From Zancudomyces culisetae HAW-14-8 (taxonomy: Eukaryota > Fungi > Kickxellomycota), in NCBI GenBank assembly GCA_052426225.1, contig JBNJNM010000013.1, positions 310,001 to 374,000 on the forward strand: a stretch of DNA of 64,000 nt, read 5' to 3'. A program made the translations under genes and the position numbers. The notes under the pieces are model-generated. The model did not search any database. It had not been told where the DNA came from and saw only the letters and a program-made list of their open reading frames with translations. Shown here in pieces: positions 32,821 through 43,243 of the stretch; the stretch's first letter is position 1; every line of letters begins with the position of its first letter.

Positions 32821-35800
32821 TGTTGTATGCTTAGTTCTATCCAAGCTAAACTATTGGATAAACAGCATACAGCTTCTCAAACACCGAATAACCACCGTTA
32901 TCTCGGGTGTTCGAGCTAGTAATCTGGGATTACTAGGGTGAAATTATCACCCAAAAAGTGAGTCAATATTAAGTTTTGATTATTTTATTTTAAGTTTCTA
33001 TTATATAAAGTTCTAATAAAATAGCTAGTCAGGTACTAGTATATTACTAGTAACCTCACCACAAGTTTGGTGGTTTTATCTTTTTATTTTTAAAAGTTAT
33101 TCATTAAATAAAATACAAATTAGCTCTAAAATACTTGATTTTACTCTATAAAATTGAAATTTGTGATTTGAGCAAAAACCTACCTAAAACCAAAAAAAAA
33201 CATAGGTAGTGAAGCGTAACACAATTTTCAAAGGGTATCAGAAAGGTATCAGAGTCTAATTTTTGGACCAAAATTAATTGTTTTGCACACCAAATTTTAG
33301 GAGTTGGGCGTAATTTTACCCAGTTTTATCGCATTTATTGAAGTAATAAATACATAAAACTAAATTAAATATAAGCTAAAAAGGTAGGGTTGACTGGTTA
33401 AATAAAGTAAAACTTATTCCAGTAACAATCCCCCTCTATTAGCAGAACTTTTTGTAGGTTTAGTTGCGGAAATTTCCTGAGAAATTTTGTGCAAACTAAA
33501 ATTACAACAGTGGGGGCTCTGCCGGGAAACTACCAAAACACTTGGGAAGTCCCGCAATAACCACTCTAGTCAGCAATTAAGCTGCTAAAGGATTATTTTA
33601 TAAGTATTAAAATATATCTGGAGCATTCTGGGTGAAATACCACAGTTTCTCGGGTGCGAAAGGTAACTAGTCAGCGACTAAAGTTACCGAAAAAATTAAT
33701 ATTAATTAAAAGTTTCACCAGGAGTTTTTCCTGCAGGAAACATTAATTTTGGGTAGTTATACCTCAGAAAAATTAGCAGAAGGCTAGGAATAATAGTAAA
33801 TTGGTACTATTCCTTTTGCGGAGATATTTTTCCGAGAAAACTCCCAATTAAAAATATAAAAAGTTAAAAGTTCCGAACAAGTTACGGGAAGAACTATTAT
33901 TAAAGTAGTTAGTTTATACTACTAAAAAATGGTTGGGAACACTGGTAAAAAAGTGATATCTAACCGCGGGGGTCCAGAAATTACTCCGTTTGATAGCGCA
34001 AACTGTCCCGATGTTGAGGACTGGTTGCATACATACGGTTTAATTTCATCTATGTATGGGTGGAATGATGCAGAAAAACTCAAGTATCTTGAGCTGTACC
34101 TATCCGGGGAGGACAAGAAGTGGTTTAAAAGGCAATTGTCAACTTTGACAACCTGGGAAGCCGCTTCCAAGAAATTCCTGGAGCAGTTCGGTACTCAAGA
34201 AACTGAGTTAACGGCATTGGAAACCCTGATAGATTTGCGGCAAGCAAACTTTAAAAACTTTGAGCTTTTCGAAGCCGAGTTTGATAGTTTGGCTAATGCT
34301 GCGGGTATTAAGGAGGATTCGAAGACTTGGATGAATCTCTTTCGGAGAGCACTCACCCAAAGGAATCAAGTCCTTCTTTCTAAGGCTGGGATTACTAAGG
34401 TAAAGGAAGCTAAGGAGAAACTCCTCGAGGAAGAAAAACTCGAGAAGGCTCTGAATCTTTCGGCACCAAAGAAAACCAGAGCACCCGCAAAGGTAGAAAA
34501 GAAAGAGCAAAGTCCTCCAAAAGCGGATACTTCGCTGAAGGAAAACTTTGCTGGGGAATTACAGAGAACGTTGAAGTATATGCAAGGTTTGCAACTCAAC
34601 ATTCTCGACAGGATGGAAAAGCTTGAGGCCAAATCTCATGGGGGAAACAATAGGAAACCCCAGAGAGACTTCAAGCCAAGAATCCTGGAGTGCTTCAAGT
34701 GTAAAAAGCCTGGGCACCATGGAACACAATGTCCTGAAGCAGCTGGAGGGTCGAAAGACTTAGGCTGTATTGAGCTATGCTCTGAGATGTCCGACTCAGA
34801 GGCAGAAGCGTTGTTTGGAGTGGAGAAAAGGCCCAGAAGCCCCTCCCCAACAGACAACGGCCCTGTAAGGGGTAGAGTTAGGACAGGAGAAAATCCTCCG
34901 GGACAGGTTACCGGAGAGATTAGGGAGGTTGGTATGGAGGTCGAAAAAGACCAAAATCCACCTCAGGCAATACGAGTGGTTCCGAGAAACCCTGCGAAAG
35001 ACAGGTTCTCTTTCCAGACGGAAACCAACTCTAAAACAAAACGCTACTTAGCTGATAAAGCAGCTATAGTACGCGAGAGAGGTGCGGCGACTGGGAAAAC
35101 TCGCCAGACACCTGGGGACAAGGAAGAACTCCCAATAAAGGAGTTTTCCATTGAGGATGAGTTTAACAGGATTCAACCAAAGTTAAACTATGCCCACCTC
35201 CTCAAGGTTTCCCCAATGGTTAGGAAGAGGATGTTAACATACATCCAAAAGTTGGAGGAGCAAGAGTTGGGAGCCATTGAAGATGAAGGTAGTCGTTATA
35301 CAAACTGTAAAGCGTACATCGACGTCTTTGGTGAATACCACGTTGCTATCCTAGATACTGGAGCAGCCTGCTCAGTAGTCACCAACGACTTCCTAAAAAT
35401 GCTGGGTTTGGAAATAGACACTATGGATACGCCCACTATAGTGACAGCAGATGGGGCGAAACATTCCACACTTGGAATAGTTTCGGGTGTACCTTTCAGA
35501 ATCGCTGGGTACATCTTTACTGGAGATCTGTTGGTCATGGAGCGGGGTATTAATCAGCTAGTCTTAGGCATGGACTGGTTGACTAAACATGGTGCTATGG
35601 TCGACTTGGGCGGTAAAGAATTAATATTACCCAAGGGCGACAAGGAGATTGCTTTGACACTCTTTACGAGTAAGAAAAGCAACCTCGTAGATTATTCGGG
35701 GTACGAACTCTACGGGATAGCAAAGGAGGTGTCAACTTCAACATCTGAAGTGGCACCAGAAGTACCCCAGGGGCTCCTCAATGTGCTGGAAAAGAATAAG

Positions 35801-38800
35801 GATCTGTTTGTGACTGATCTTATGGATCTAGAACAGACCGACGTTTTGGACCACCGCATTGAGGTTGGAGACGCCAATCCGGTGAAGGTTCGCCCTTACA
35901 GGATTCCGCACCATCTACGGGAGCAGGTGCGAGGGGAACTGGAGGTAATGGCAGAGAAAGGCATAATTGAGCCCTGCCAGTCCGATTGGTGCGCCCCAGT
36001 AGTGGTGGTAACTAAGAAGAACGGGAAGTTGAGAATTTGCTCAGATTACCGTAAACTTAACTTAGTTACCCGCAAGGATCTGTACCCATTGCCAATAATT
36101 GATGATATCTTTGCGGCATTTGGGAATGCAGGGGTTTTTAGCGTAATGGACGCTATGAGCGGGTTTTGGCAGGTCAAAATGAATCCCGCAGATAAACACA
36201 AAACAGCATTCGCTCTACCAGGAGATGGAATGTACTGTTACAACGTTATGCCTTTTGGACTTTGCAACAGTCCCGCTACATTCCAGAAACTGATGGAGAA
36301 AGTGTTGGCAAATGTTTTATGGCGTTGTGCAATTGTGTTTATCGACGACATAATTGTGTACTCCAAGACCTGGGAGGAACACAAGGGACATTTAGAAGAA
36401 GTTTTTGAATGTCTCAGGAAGGGTAAAGTGCAATTGCACAAAGATAAGTGCGAATTCGGCAAGACTGAGATTCGTTACTTGGGGCATACCATTGGTAAGA
36501 ATGGTATAAGTACAAATGAGGATAAAATAGTGAGTATAAACACTCTAATAGACCCAAGAAATGTTAAAGAAATACAATCCTTCTTAGGATTCACTGGGTA
36601 CTATAGGAAGTTTATACCTAACTATGCGTTAGTGGCCAGACCGTTGACAAACCTCCTAAAGAAAGATGTCTCTTGGGAGTGGTCTGAAGAATGTAAAGAG
36701 GCGGTGCGGGAGCTAAAGAGACTGCTCACTCAAGCTCCTACACTGGCACATCCCAATTGGGACAGGGAATTTATCCTGACCACGGATGCCTCTGGGGTCG
36801 GACTGGGAGCTATCTTAACACAAGAAATAAACGGCGAAGAACGCCCAATAGCTTACGCCAGTCGCACCCTAAACATTCATGAAGCCAACTATGCTATTAC
36901 TCATTTGGAAGGCCTTGCGGTAGTGTGGGGAATAAAGAAATTTAAACACTACCTTTGGGGGAAAAAGTTTGTGGTGAAGACAGACCATTTGGCATTACTA
37001 AAGGTCTTTGACACCCAGGACTTAAATGGCAGAGTAGCACGATGGGCAATGTTCCTGCGGGAGTTTGACTACGAATTCCAACATGTTAGGGGTGCTGTAA
37101 ACCCTACTGATTTCCTGTCAAGAAATCCAGGAATCACGGAAGAAGTAGCCCCAGGAGCAGAGGCCGAGGAAGTAGAAATAGCGGCGATGGATGTGTTACA
37201 TCACGCAGCTATTTCCAACTACCTAAGGGATAGAACTTACCCAAACAGAGCTAATGACGACTTCAGGAAAAGCCTTCGGGAAAAGGCTAAGTTGTTCAAG
37301 CTGCTGGATAATAAGTTATGCAAAGTAACAAAGCAGTTTGGGATAAGGGAAGTACTTCACCATGAGAATCAAAAGGAGAAAATCCGGGAGATTCACGAAG
37401 AAGGTCATGAAGGAATACTCTATACCCTGAATCGCGCCCGAAACAAGTACTTCGGTAAAGGGTTGCGAGAGGTAGTTGAGGAAGTTGTAGGAGAATGTGA
37501 GCGTTGCCAAAAACAAGATAAAGGTAAATTCTTTAGAGAGCCGCTCCATCCTTTCCTAGCCATGCGACCGTTTGAAATAATGGGGATTGACTTTGTAGGA
37601 CCTATAAATCCTATAGCAAAATCAGGCAACAAGTATGTCATAACTGCGATAGACTACTTGACGAAGTGGCCAATTGCTGTGGCGGTGCCACATGCTACTT
37701 CGGAAGTTGTGATTAACTTCTTGTTCACCAAAGTGGTGCAAGAGTTCGGTATACCCGCACAACTTATGTCTGACAGAGGAGCATCATTCACATCAGAATT
37801 GTCCTCTAAGTTTTACGAAGAGGTGGGGATTCACCACACCCCAACTACCGTATTTCGTCCCCAAGCTAATGGTCAAGTGGAACGCTTCCATAGAACTTTC
37901 CGTAATGTGTTAGCCAAAGTTTCTGAGAGAAACAAGGAAGAGTGGGATACTTATATCTGGAAGGTCTTGTTAGTCATCAGGACTATGAAGAACAGATCTA
38001 CAGATAAAAGCCCCGCAGAGTTACTGTATGGAGTAAAGTTGCAAACCCCAGCAACTTGGAGACCTCCTGCAGAAGTGGAAGATCTCGAGGAAGAGATGAT
38101 TCAAAGGGTAAACGCCATCCAAGTTGGTATCCCCGAGATAAGGCGCCTAGCAGTTGAGAAAATGGCTGAGGCAAACCAGGTCATGAAGCAAAGGTATGAC
38201 AAACAAGTAACTGTCTACCGTTTCAAGGAAGGTGACAAGGTGCTCAGAAAAGTTGAGCAGCCTTCAGGAAAATTGGAACCCTACTGGGAAGGACCATATA
38301 CCGTCACCAGAGTACTTAGGTTAGGCACATACGTTATCCAAGATCCAGCAGGACACCGTGACTTGGTTAATGGAGACCGCCTTAAACCATATCGCCAGGC
38401 AGAACATATGATTCCCGAGATCACGCCAGGGAATATTCGGAGCACTTTGAGACGCTTCAAGAATTAAAGCTTGCACACAAAGGTTGAAACCCTGAGTGTA
38501 AGCTGTGGGGGGGAGGTGTTGTATGCTTAGTTCTATCCAAGCTAAACTATTGGATAAACAGCATACAGCTTCTCAAACACCGAATAACCACCGTTATCTC
38601 GGGTGTTCGAGCTAGTAATCTGGGATTACTAGGGTGAAATTATCACCCAAAAAGTGAGTCAATATTAAGTTTTGATTATTTTATTTTAAGTTTCTATTAT
38701 ATAAAGTTCTAATAAAATAGCTAGTCAGGTACTAGTATATTACTAGTAACCTCACCACAAGTTTGGTGGTTTTATCTTTTTATTTTTAAAAGTTATTCAT

Positions 38801-39205
38801 TAAATAAAATACAAATTAGCTCTAAAATACTTGATTTTACTCTATAAAATTGAAATTTGTGATTTGAGCAAAAACCTACCTAAAACCAAAAAAAAACATA
38901 GGTAGTGAAGCGTAACACAATTTTCAAAGGGTATCAGAAAGGTATCAGAGTCTAATTTTTGGACCAAAATTAATTGTTTTGCACACCAAATTTTAGGAGT
39001 TGGGCGTAATTTTACCCAGTTTTATCGCATTTATTGAAGTAATAAATACATAAAACTAAATTAAATATAAGCTAAAAAGGTAGGGTTGACTGGTTAAATA
39101 AAGTAAAACTTATTCCAGTAACAATCCCCCTCTATTAGCAGAACTTTTTGTAGGTTTAGTTGCGGAAATTTCCTGAGAAATTTTCTCCAAACTAAAATTA
39201 CAACA
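32821..39205 (+). mobile_element. Intact Ty3/Gypsy element E adjacent to tRNA-His
   Basis: 689-bp LTRs 32821-33509 and 38517-39205 (2 mismatches seen); TSD AACA; PBS TGGGGGCTCTGCCGGGAA at 33511 (tRNA-Pro type); G-rich PPT before 38517. Confidence 0.96.
33929..38467 (+). CDS. Single-ORF Gag-Pol polyprotein (1512 aa), no chromodomain
   Basis: CFKCKKPGHHGTQC, LDTGA, FIDD, TTDAS, HHCC/DDE integrase, WEGPY. Confidence 0.96.
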   Translation: MVGNTGKKVISNRGGPEITPFDSANCPDVEDWLHTYGLISSMYGWNDAEKLKYLELYLSGEDKKWFKRQLSTLTTWEAASKKFLEQFGTQETELTALETLIDLRQANFKNFELFEAEFDSLANAAGIKEDSKTWMNLFRRALTQRNQVLLSKAGITKVKEAKEKLLEEEKLEKALNLSAPKKTRAPAKVEKKEQSPPKADTSLKENFAGELQRTLKYMQGLQLNILDRMEKLEAKSHGGNNRKPQRDFKPRILECFKCKKPGHHGTQCPEAAGGSKDLGCIELCSEMSDSEAEALFGVEKRPRSPSPTDNGPVRGRVRTGENPPGQVTGEIREVGMEVEKDQNPPQAIRVVPRNPAKDRFSFQTETNSKTKRYLADKAAIVRERGAATGKTRQTPGDKEELPIKEFSIEDEFNRIQPKLNYAHLLKVSPMVRKRMLTYIQKLEEQELGAIEDEGSRYTNCKAYIDVFGEYHVAILDTGAACSVVTNDFLKMLGLEIDTMDTPTIVTADGAKHSTLGIVSGVPFRIAGYIFTGDLLVMERGINQLVLGMDWLTKHGAMVDLGGKELILPKGDKEIALTLFTSKKSNLVDYSGYELYGIAKEVSTSTSEVAPEVPQGLLNVLEKNKDLFVTDLMDLEQTDVLDHRIEVGDANPVKVRPYRIPHHLREQVRGELEVMAEKGIIEPCQSDWCAPVVVVTKKNGKLRICSDYRKLNLVTRKDLYPLPIIDDIFAAFGNAGVFSVMDAMSGFWQVKMNPADKHKTAFALPGDGMYCYNVMPFGLCNSPATFQKLMEKVLANVLWRCAIVFIDDIIVYSKTWEEHKGHLEEVFECLRKGKVQLHKDKCEFGKTEIRYLGHTIGKNGISTNEDKIVSINTLIDPRNVKEIQSFLGFTGYYRKFIPNYALVARPLTNLLKKDVSWEWSEECKEAVRELKRLLTQAPTLAHPNWDREFILTTDASGVGLGAILTQEINGEERPIAYASRTLNIHEANYAITHLEGLAVVWGIKKFKHYLWGKKFVVKTDHLALLKVFDTQDLNGRVARWAMFLREFDYEFQHVRGAVNPTDFLSRNPGITEEVAPGAEAEEVEIAAMDVLHHAAISNYLRDRTYPNRANDDFRKSLREKAKLFKLLDNKLCKVTKQFGIREVLHHENQKEKIREIHEEGHEGILYTLNRARNKYFGKGLREVVEEVVGECERCQKQDKGKFFREPLHPFLAMRPFEIMGIDFVGPINPIAKSGNKYVITAIDYLTKWPIAVAVPHATSEVVINFLFTKVVQEFGIPAQLMSDRGASFTSELSSKFYEEVGIHHTPTTVFRPQANGQVERFHRTFRNVLAKVSERNKEEWDTYIWKVLLVIRTMKNRSTDKSPAELLYGVKLQTPATWRPPAEVEDLEEEMIQRVNAIQVGIPEIRRLAVEKMAEANQVMKQRYDKQVTVYRFKEGDKVLRKVEQPSGKLEPYWEGPYTVTRVLRLGTYVIQDPAGHRDLVNGDRLKPYRQAEHMIPEITPGNIRSTLRRFKN

Positions 39206-39212
39206 AACACAA

Positions 39213-39283
39213 GCCGTTGTAGTATAGTGGCAGTACATCGCGTTGTGGCCGCGTCGACCTTGGTTCGATTCCAGGCAACGGCA
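39213..39283 (+). tRNA. tRNA-His (GUG)
   Basis: GCCGTTG/CAACGGC acceptor stem, CGCG-TTGTGGC-CGCG anticodon arm, CTTGG-TTCGATT-CCAGG T arm, no encoded G-1 or CCA, TTTTT at 39287-39291. Confidence 0.95.
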
Positions 39284-39384
39284 AGCTTTTTATATCTTTT
39301 AAGTCATTTTATTAAGCTCTATTAGTTTGTTTTAATTTAATGTTACAATTCTTTTTCTAGTGAATTGTAGTATAACGTCAACAA

Positions 39385-40285
39385 ACTTTTTGCTAGCGAA
39401 TCAATTCGATTCCTTAGTAGAAGATAACTACCAATGAATGCATAGCGAGATTAATTTTATTATAACTATATTAATCTAGTTGGAATGTCAAAACTATCAG
39501 TGAATATAACGAGCGTGGTCAACGAAAAAGGACATCTTTAGCCTTACTTAACTGATAATACTTTACATATACGTTTTTATATACTTACTAATAGCAAATA
39601 GCTCTTGATAATGATACATTTTACTTAGTGTTTTATTTTATTATAACAATAATTACAGCTATTAATAACATTCCTATTATGGCAATCAAAACCCGTGAAG
39701 TGAACCGCGACCTGGGTATAATTGACATAATCAGTGCTATACCAAACTCAGCCATCACATTAGCTGAAAAAATATATCTGATAACTTATAATATCTACAA
39801 TATATTACAGAATCAATTAAAAGATATATTTGATCCTGTATTATAACTCTACAATTTTTTTTAGCGAATCTATTATGATATCTTCGCAGATTACGGCTAC
39901 CAATTAACCATGGCTAAATCATATATATTAAATATATTATTATATTTTGAATTTCCGAACGATAAGCGAGTATAACTAGAGGTAACAACGAAAACAAACA
40001 TTTAAGCATTTTTAGTATAATATATTTTATATATTTGTTTTAAAGTCATAGTGATTAGTATTGGTTCTTAATTTTCATATATTTACATAGTGTTAATATT
40101 AAAATTCAATTTTACTAGTTAACACATTCATAATCGGTAAACAGAACTAGAAAAGTGATTTATTCTTATGTACTACTGAGTTTGTCAGTGCTATTCAAAC
40201 TCAGCAATCGTCTTAGCTGAAATTTATATCAGATTAATTATAATTTCTACTATATATTACAATACGCCTACTAATAGCGTATAGT
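39385..40285. repeat. Degenerate tandem duplication, period ~455-470 bp
   Basis: Matching blocks TAGCGAATC..CTACCAAT (~39394, ~39862) and TCAGTGCTAT..CAAACTCAGC..TTAGCTGAAA..TATATTACA (~39731, ~40185). Confidence 0.55.
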
Positions 40286-41290
40286 GGGACCAAGAATAAG
40301 AATGTTTTTTTGTAGATTCTGTATTTCCTAACAACTAAGATTAAAACAGTATAATCAACTAAAAGACAACCTTTGATCATTCATAATTGAATATAGAATT
40401 TATTTATCTATTTAAACTACATATTGATAATTTTATTACTTTAAGAATTGATTTTAAAAATTTAAATGTTATTTTCACTTATTCAAATTGGTTTAACATA
40501 TACATAGATGCAAATCCGATCGGTCAAGTGATTTAGACTTGAGTATAATTAACAACTCGTTGGAATACTAAACTCATACATCAACTTTGCCGAAAATTAT
40601 TTCAGGTTGGAAATAACGTTTACATATATTATTTTCCTTAATTCTAATTGTATAATCTTAAAATCTCAGTAAGATCCATAATAGTATTTATATTTTACTA
40701 TATCACCATTTATTCAGGTATACCTGTTTGATTTGTATCGTCTTATATTGGATATTAACTCGTCATGTAGCCTTCACATTCATCGCTAAGTTTGTTTTAT
40801 TTAAAACTAGATATTTCAATTAACAGTTTTAATCACATTCAGATGTTTAATGTTTCTAAATTCAACATGGCGTTTCAGTTTCTATTCATTCATGGCGATA
40901 TTAAGTAGCTAAATCAGAATTTAACAATATTTTTAAACATATTACTTATTCTTTTACTTGAAATATGGGCTTTTACAAGTTGAGTATATTAAGCATTTAC
41001 ATTCGTCAACAATATCAAAATACTCAATGTACATTCTCACATTTTCACTACGCTACTTTATAATAACACACTGAATGATTTATTTTTCACTACTTATTAT
41101 TGACTGAAATTCTACCAAGAAATTATCGACACGCTATTATTCAAAAATATAAAATCAATAGATATAAACATTTTTAGTTAATAATTGAAATAATTTTGTT
41201 TTGATATTATTAATTCAACAGAGAACTTTTTGGTGATATACCATTGAAAATATGATTAAATGTGGTCATGTAGTATCTTGTGCAAAAATA

Positions 41291-43243
41291 TTAATATAGA
41301 GGGTAGTAATTGTAACTACATCCTTCTAATATTTCAAGCTTGTGCTTGTGGAATCTTTCAAGACTTTTCTTGTGACCAACGGAAATAATCGTTATATTTC
41401 TAGCCATGATCTTTGAGTAAAGGTCATATTCTGCAACTTCATCCAGTGAAGATGTGGACTCATCCATTACAACAAAGTTAGGATTCCAGAATAGCACTCT
41501 TGCTATTGACAATCGCTGAATTTCACCAGGTGAAAGCTGCTCATACCAACTAGCCACATCATGTCTCACCTCCAAAGCAGAAACATCTGGATCAATATCA
41601 GCCGAATCTTTTCCCTCTTCGGATACGTTCAGGTTGAGTTCAGTTGTAGATTTGTATTTGAGCAGGTGGCTTAGTCCAACAGTTTTTAGAGCTTCTAGTG
41701 CTCTAGGGGTCACATCTGGAGTATCCATAATGTTGTAAAAGTTGCCCGGATAGATAATTTGATCAAGAAGAGATCCCTGAACTAATATTGATAGCTGTGG
41801 CAAGAAATATACATCTGGGCTCCCATTTTTAAAAGGTAGCGCTACAGTACCTGTGGTAGGACACCACAATCCCTTGATTACTCTTAACAATGATGTTTTA
41901 CCGAGTCCATTTTTTCCGGTTATCAAGAGGTTTTCTCCCTTAAGAACAGTCAGACTAAGATTGGTAATCAACTTGACTCCCGTTGGCGTGGAAACGTCAA
42001 GGCTACTAAGCTCAATGGAATCGTTTCGTGATTCTTCGATCCAATATGCGCCTTTTGATGTCTTTTTTAGTTCATCTAGTTGTTCCCAAACCTGAGTTAT
42101 ACGCACAGCATAGCCAATCAGCTTACCAAAGTCAGTGAACCCGCTTATGATGGTTGTGAAGGAAAAGATCAAATACATGATTATGAACGAGCTTTGACTC
42201 AAAAGTCCGGCTTTATCTTCTGGAGGCAAGTTATCATAATACCCTCCCAAGAAGCGCAGACCAATTACTATGTACGTTAGTATACTTCCGAAATAGGAGA
42301 AAAACTGATACACAAATTGAACCGGGAAAGTAGCTAGTGCGACTTTAATCTGATTTTTAACTAGCACCACCAGAGAAATGTCTGCCTCATTTTTGCTTTT
42401 CTCCTCTGCCCCATAGAATGAGATTGTCTCTGCTTGATCACGCAAGATAACATGTTGGTTTCGGAAAACACCTTCAGATCTTTCAGCAGCAAATACTTTT
42501 GAGGAGACCAAGGGTGTGAATGCATTAATTGCGATAAGCCCAACTATAAAATATACATATATGGAAATTGGCCCATATGAACCTGTCGTGATCCAAGTTC
42601 TTACTGTGTAATAGACCACCAATGCAGGTGTGATAATGAGTACTGTCATTACATTTGCATATGTTTGTGAAAGCTTGTCAATATCCTGAGTGATTCTCTG
42701 GTCTGGGTTGTCCAACTCCTTGTTCATATTGATCTTATTCAAAACCAGTGGTAGGATGTAGCTGTCATGTGTGTATCGTGTCAACGCGAGCCTCATTTTT
42801 GCTGCTATTACTCCTGATAACGTTGTGTTCAAAGCGAGAAGTATTACCGTTGACAGCATAATCAATACGCTTTGTAAAACAACAAAGTTGAACTGACTTC
42901 TATCTTGATATAAAATCGCAAGGTAAAATTTGGATGTTACTATCCCGTTAAAGTATGCGGCAAACTCGTAGGCAACTTTAGAAAGTATTAGAATCGCTGT
43001 CAGTGGTCCAAGTCCAACATTCAAGCCGTTTGTGACTACTCCTGGTTCACGCGATCTGTACGCAACTTTTGCGACATTGTTTAAAGTTTTGATTCCCTTG
43101 ATGTTTAGCCAGAATTTCTTGATTGGTGGTGCGCTCAGGTTTTTGACTATATCTGGGTTTCTTTGAATAAAACGCTTAGATTTAATACCCTTGCCCCCTA
43201 GAAGAATCTTTTTTACCTCATCCGTAGTACCTTTTTTGGCCAT
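41291..43243 (-). CDS. ABCD-family half ABC transporter (ABCD4-like)
   Basis: NPDQRITQD ABCD motif, hydrophobic helices, Walker A GKNGLGKTS, LSPGE signature, Walker B VVMDE, SVGH. Confidence 0.9.
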   Translation of the reverse strand: MAKKGTTDEVKKILLGGKGIKSKRFIQRNPDIVKNLSAPPIKKFWLNIKGIKTLNNVAKVAYRSREPGVVTNGLNVGLGPLTAILILSKVAYEFAAYFNGIVTSKFYLAILYQDRSQFNFVVLQSVLIMLSTVILLALNTTLSGVIAAKMRLALTRYTHDSYILPLVLNKINMNKELDNPDQRITQDIDKLSQTYANVMTVLIITPALVVYYTVRTWITTGSYGPISIYVYFIVGLIAINAFTPLVSSKVFAAERSEGVFRNQHVILRDQAETISFYGAEEKSKNEADISLVVLVKNQIKVALATFPVQFVYQFFSYFGSILTYIVIGLRFLGGYYDNLPPEDKAGLLSQSSFIIMYLIFSFTTIISGFTDFGKLIGYAVRITQVWEQLDELKKTSKGAYWIEESRNDSIELSSLDVSTPTGVKLITNLSLTVLKGENLLITGKNGLGKTSLLRVIKGLWCPTTGTVALPFKNGSPDVYFLPQLSILVQGSLLDQIIYPGNFYNIMDTPDVTPRALEALKTVGLSHLLKYKSTTELNLNVSEEGKDSADIDPDVSALEVRHDVASWYEQLSPGEIQRLSIARVLFWNPNFVVMDESTSSLDEVAEYDLYSKIMARNITIISVGHKKSLERFHKHKLEILEGCSYNYYPLY

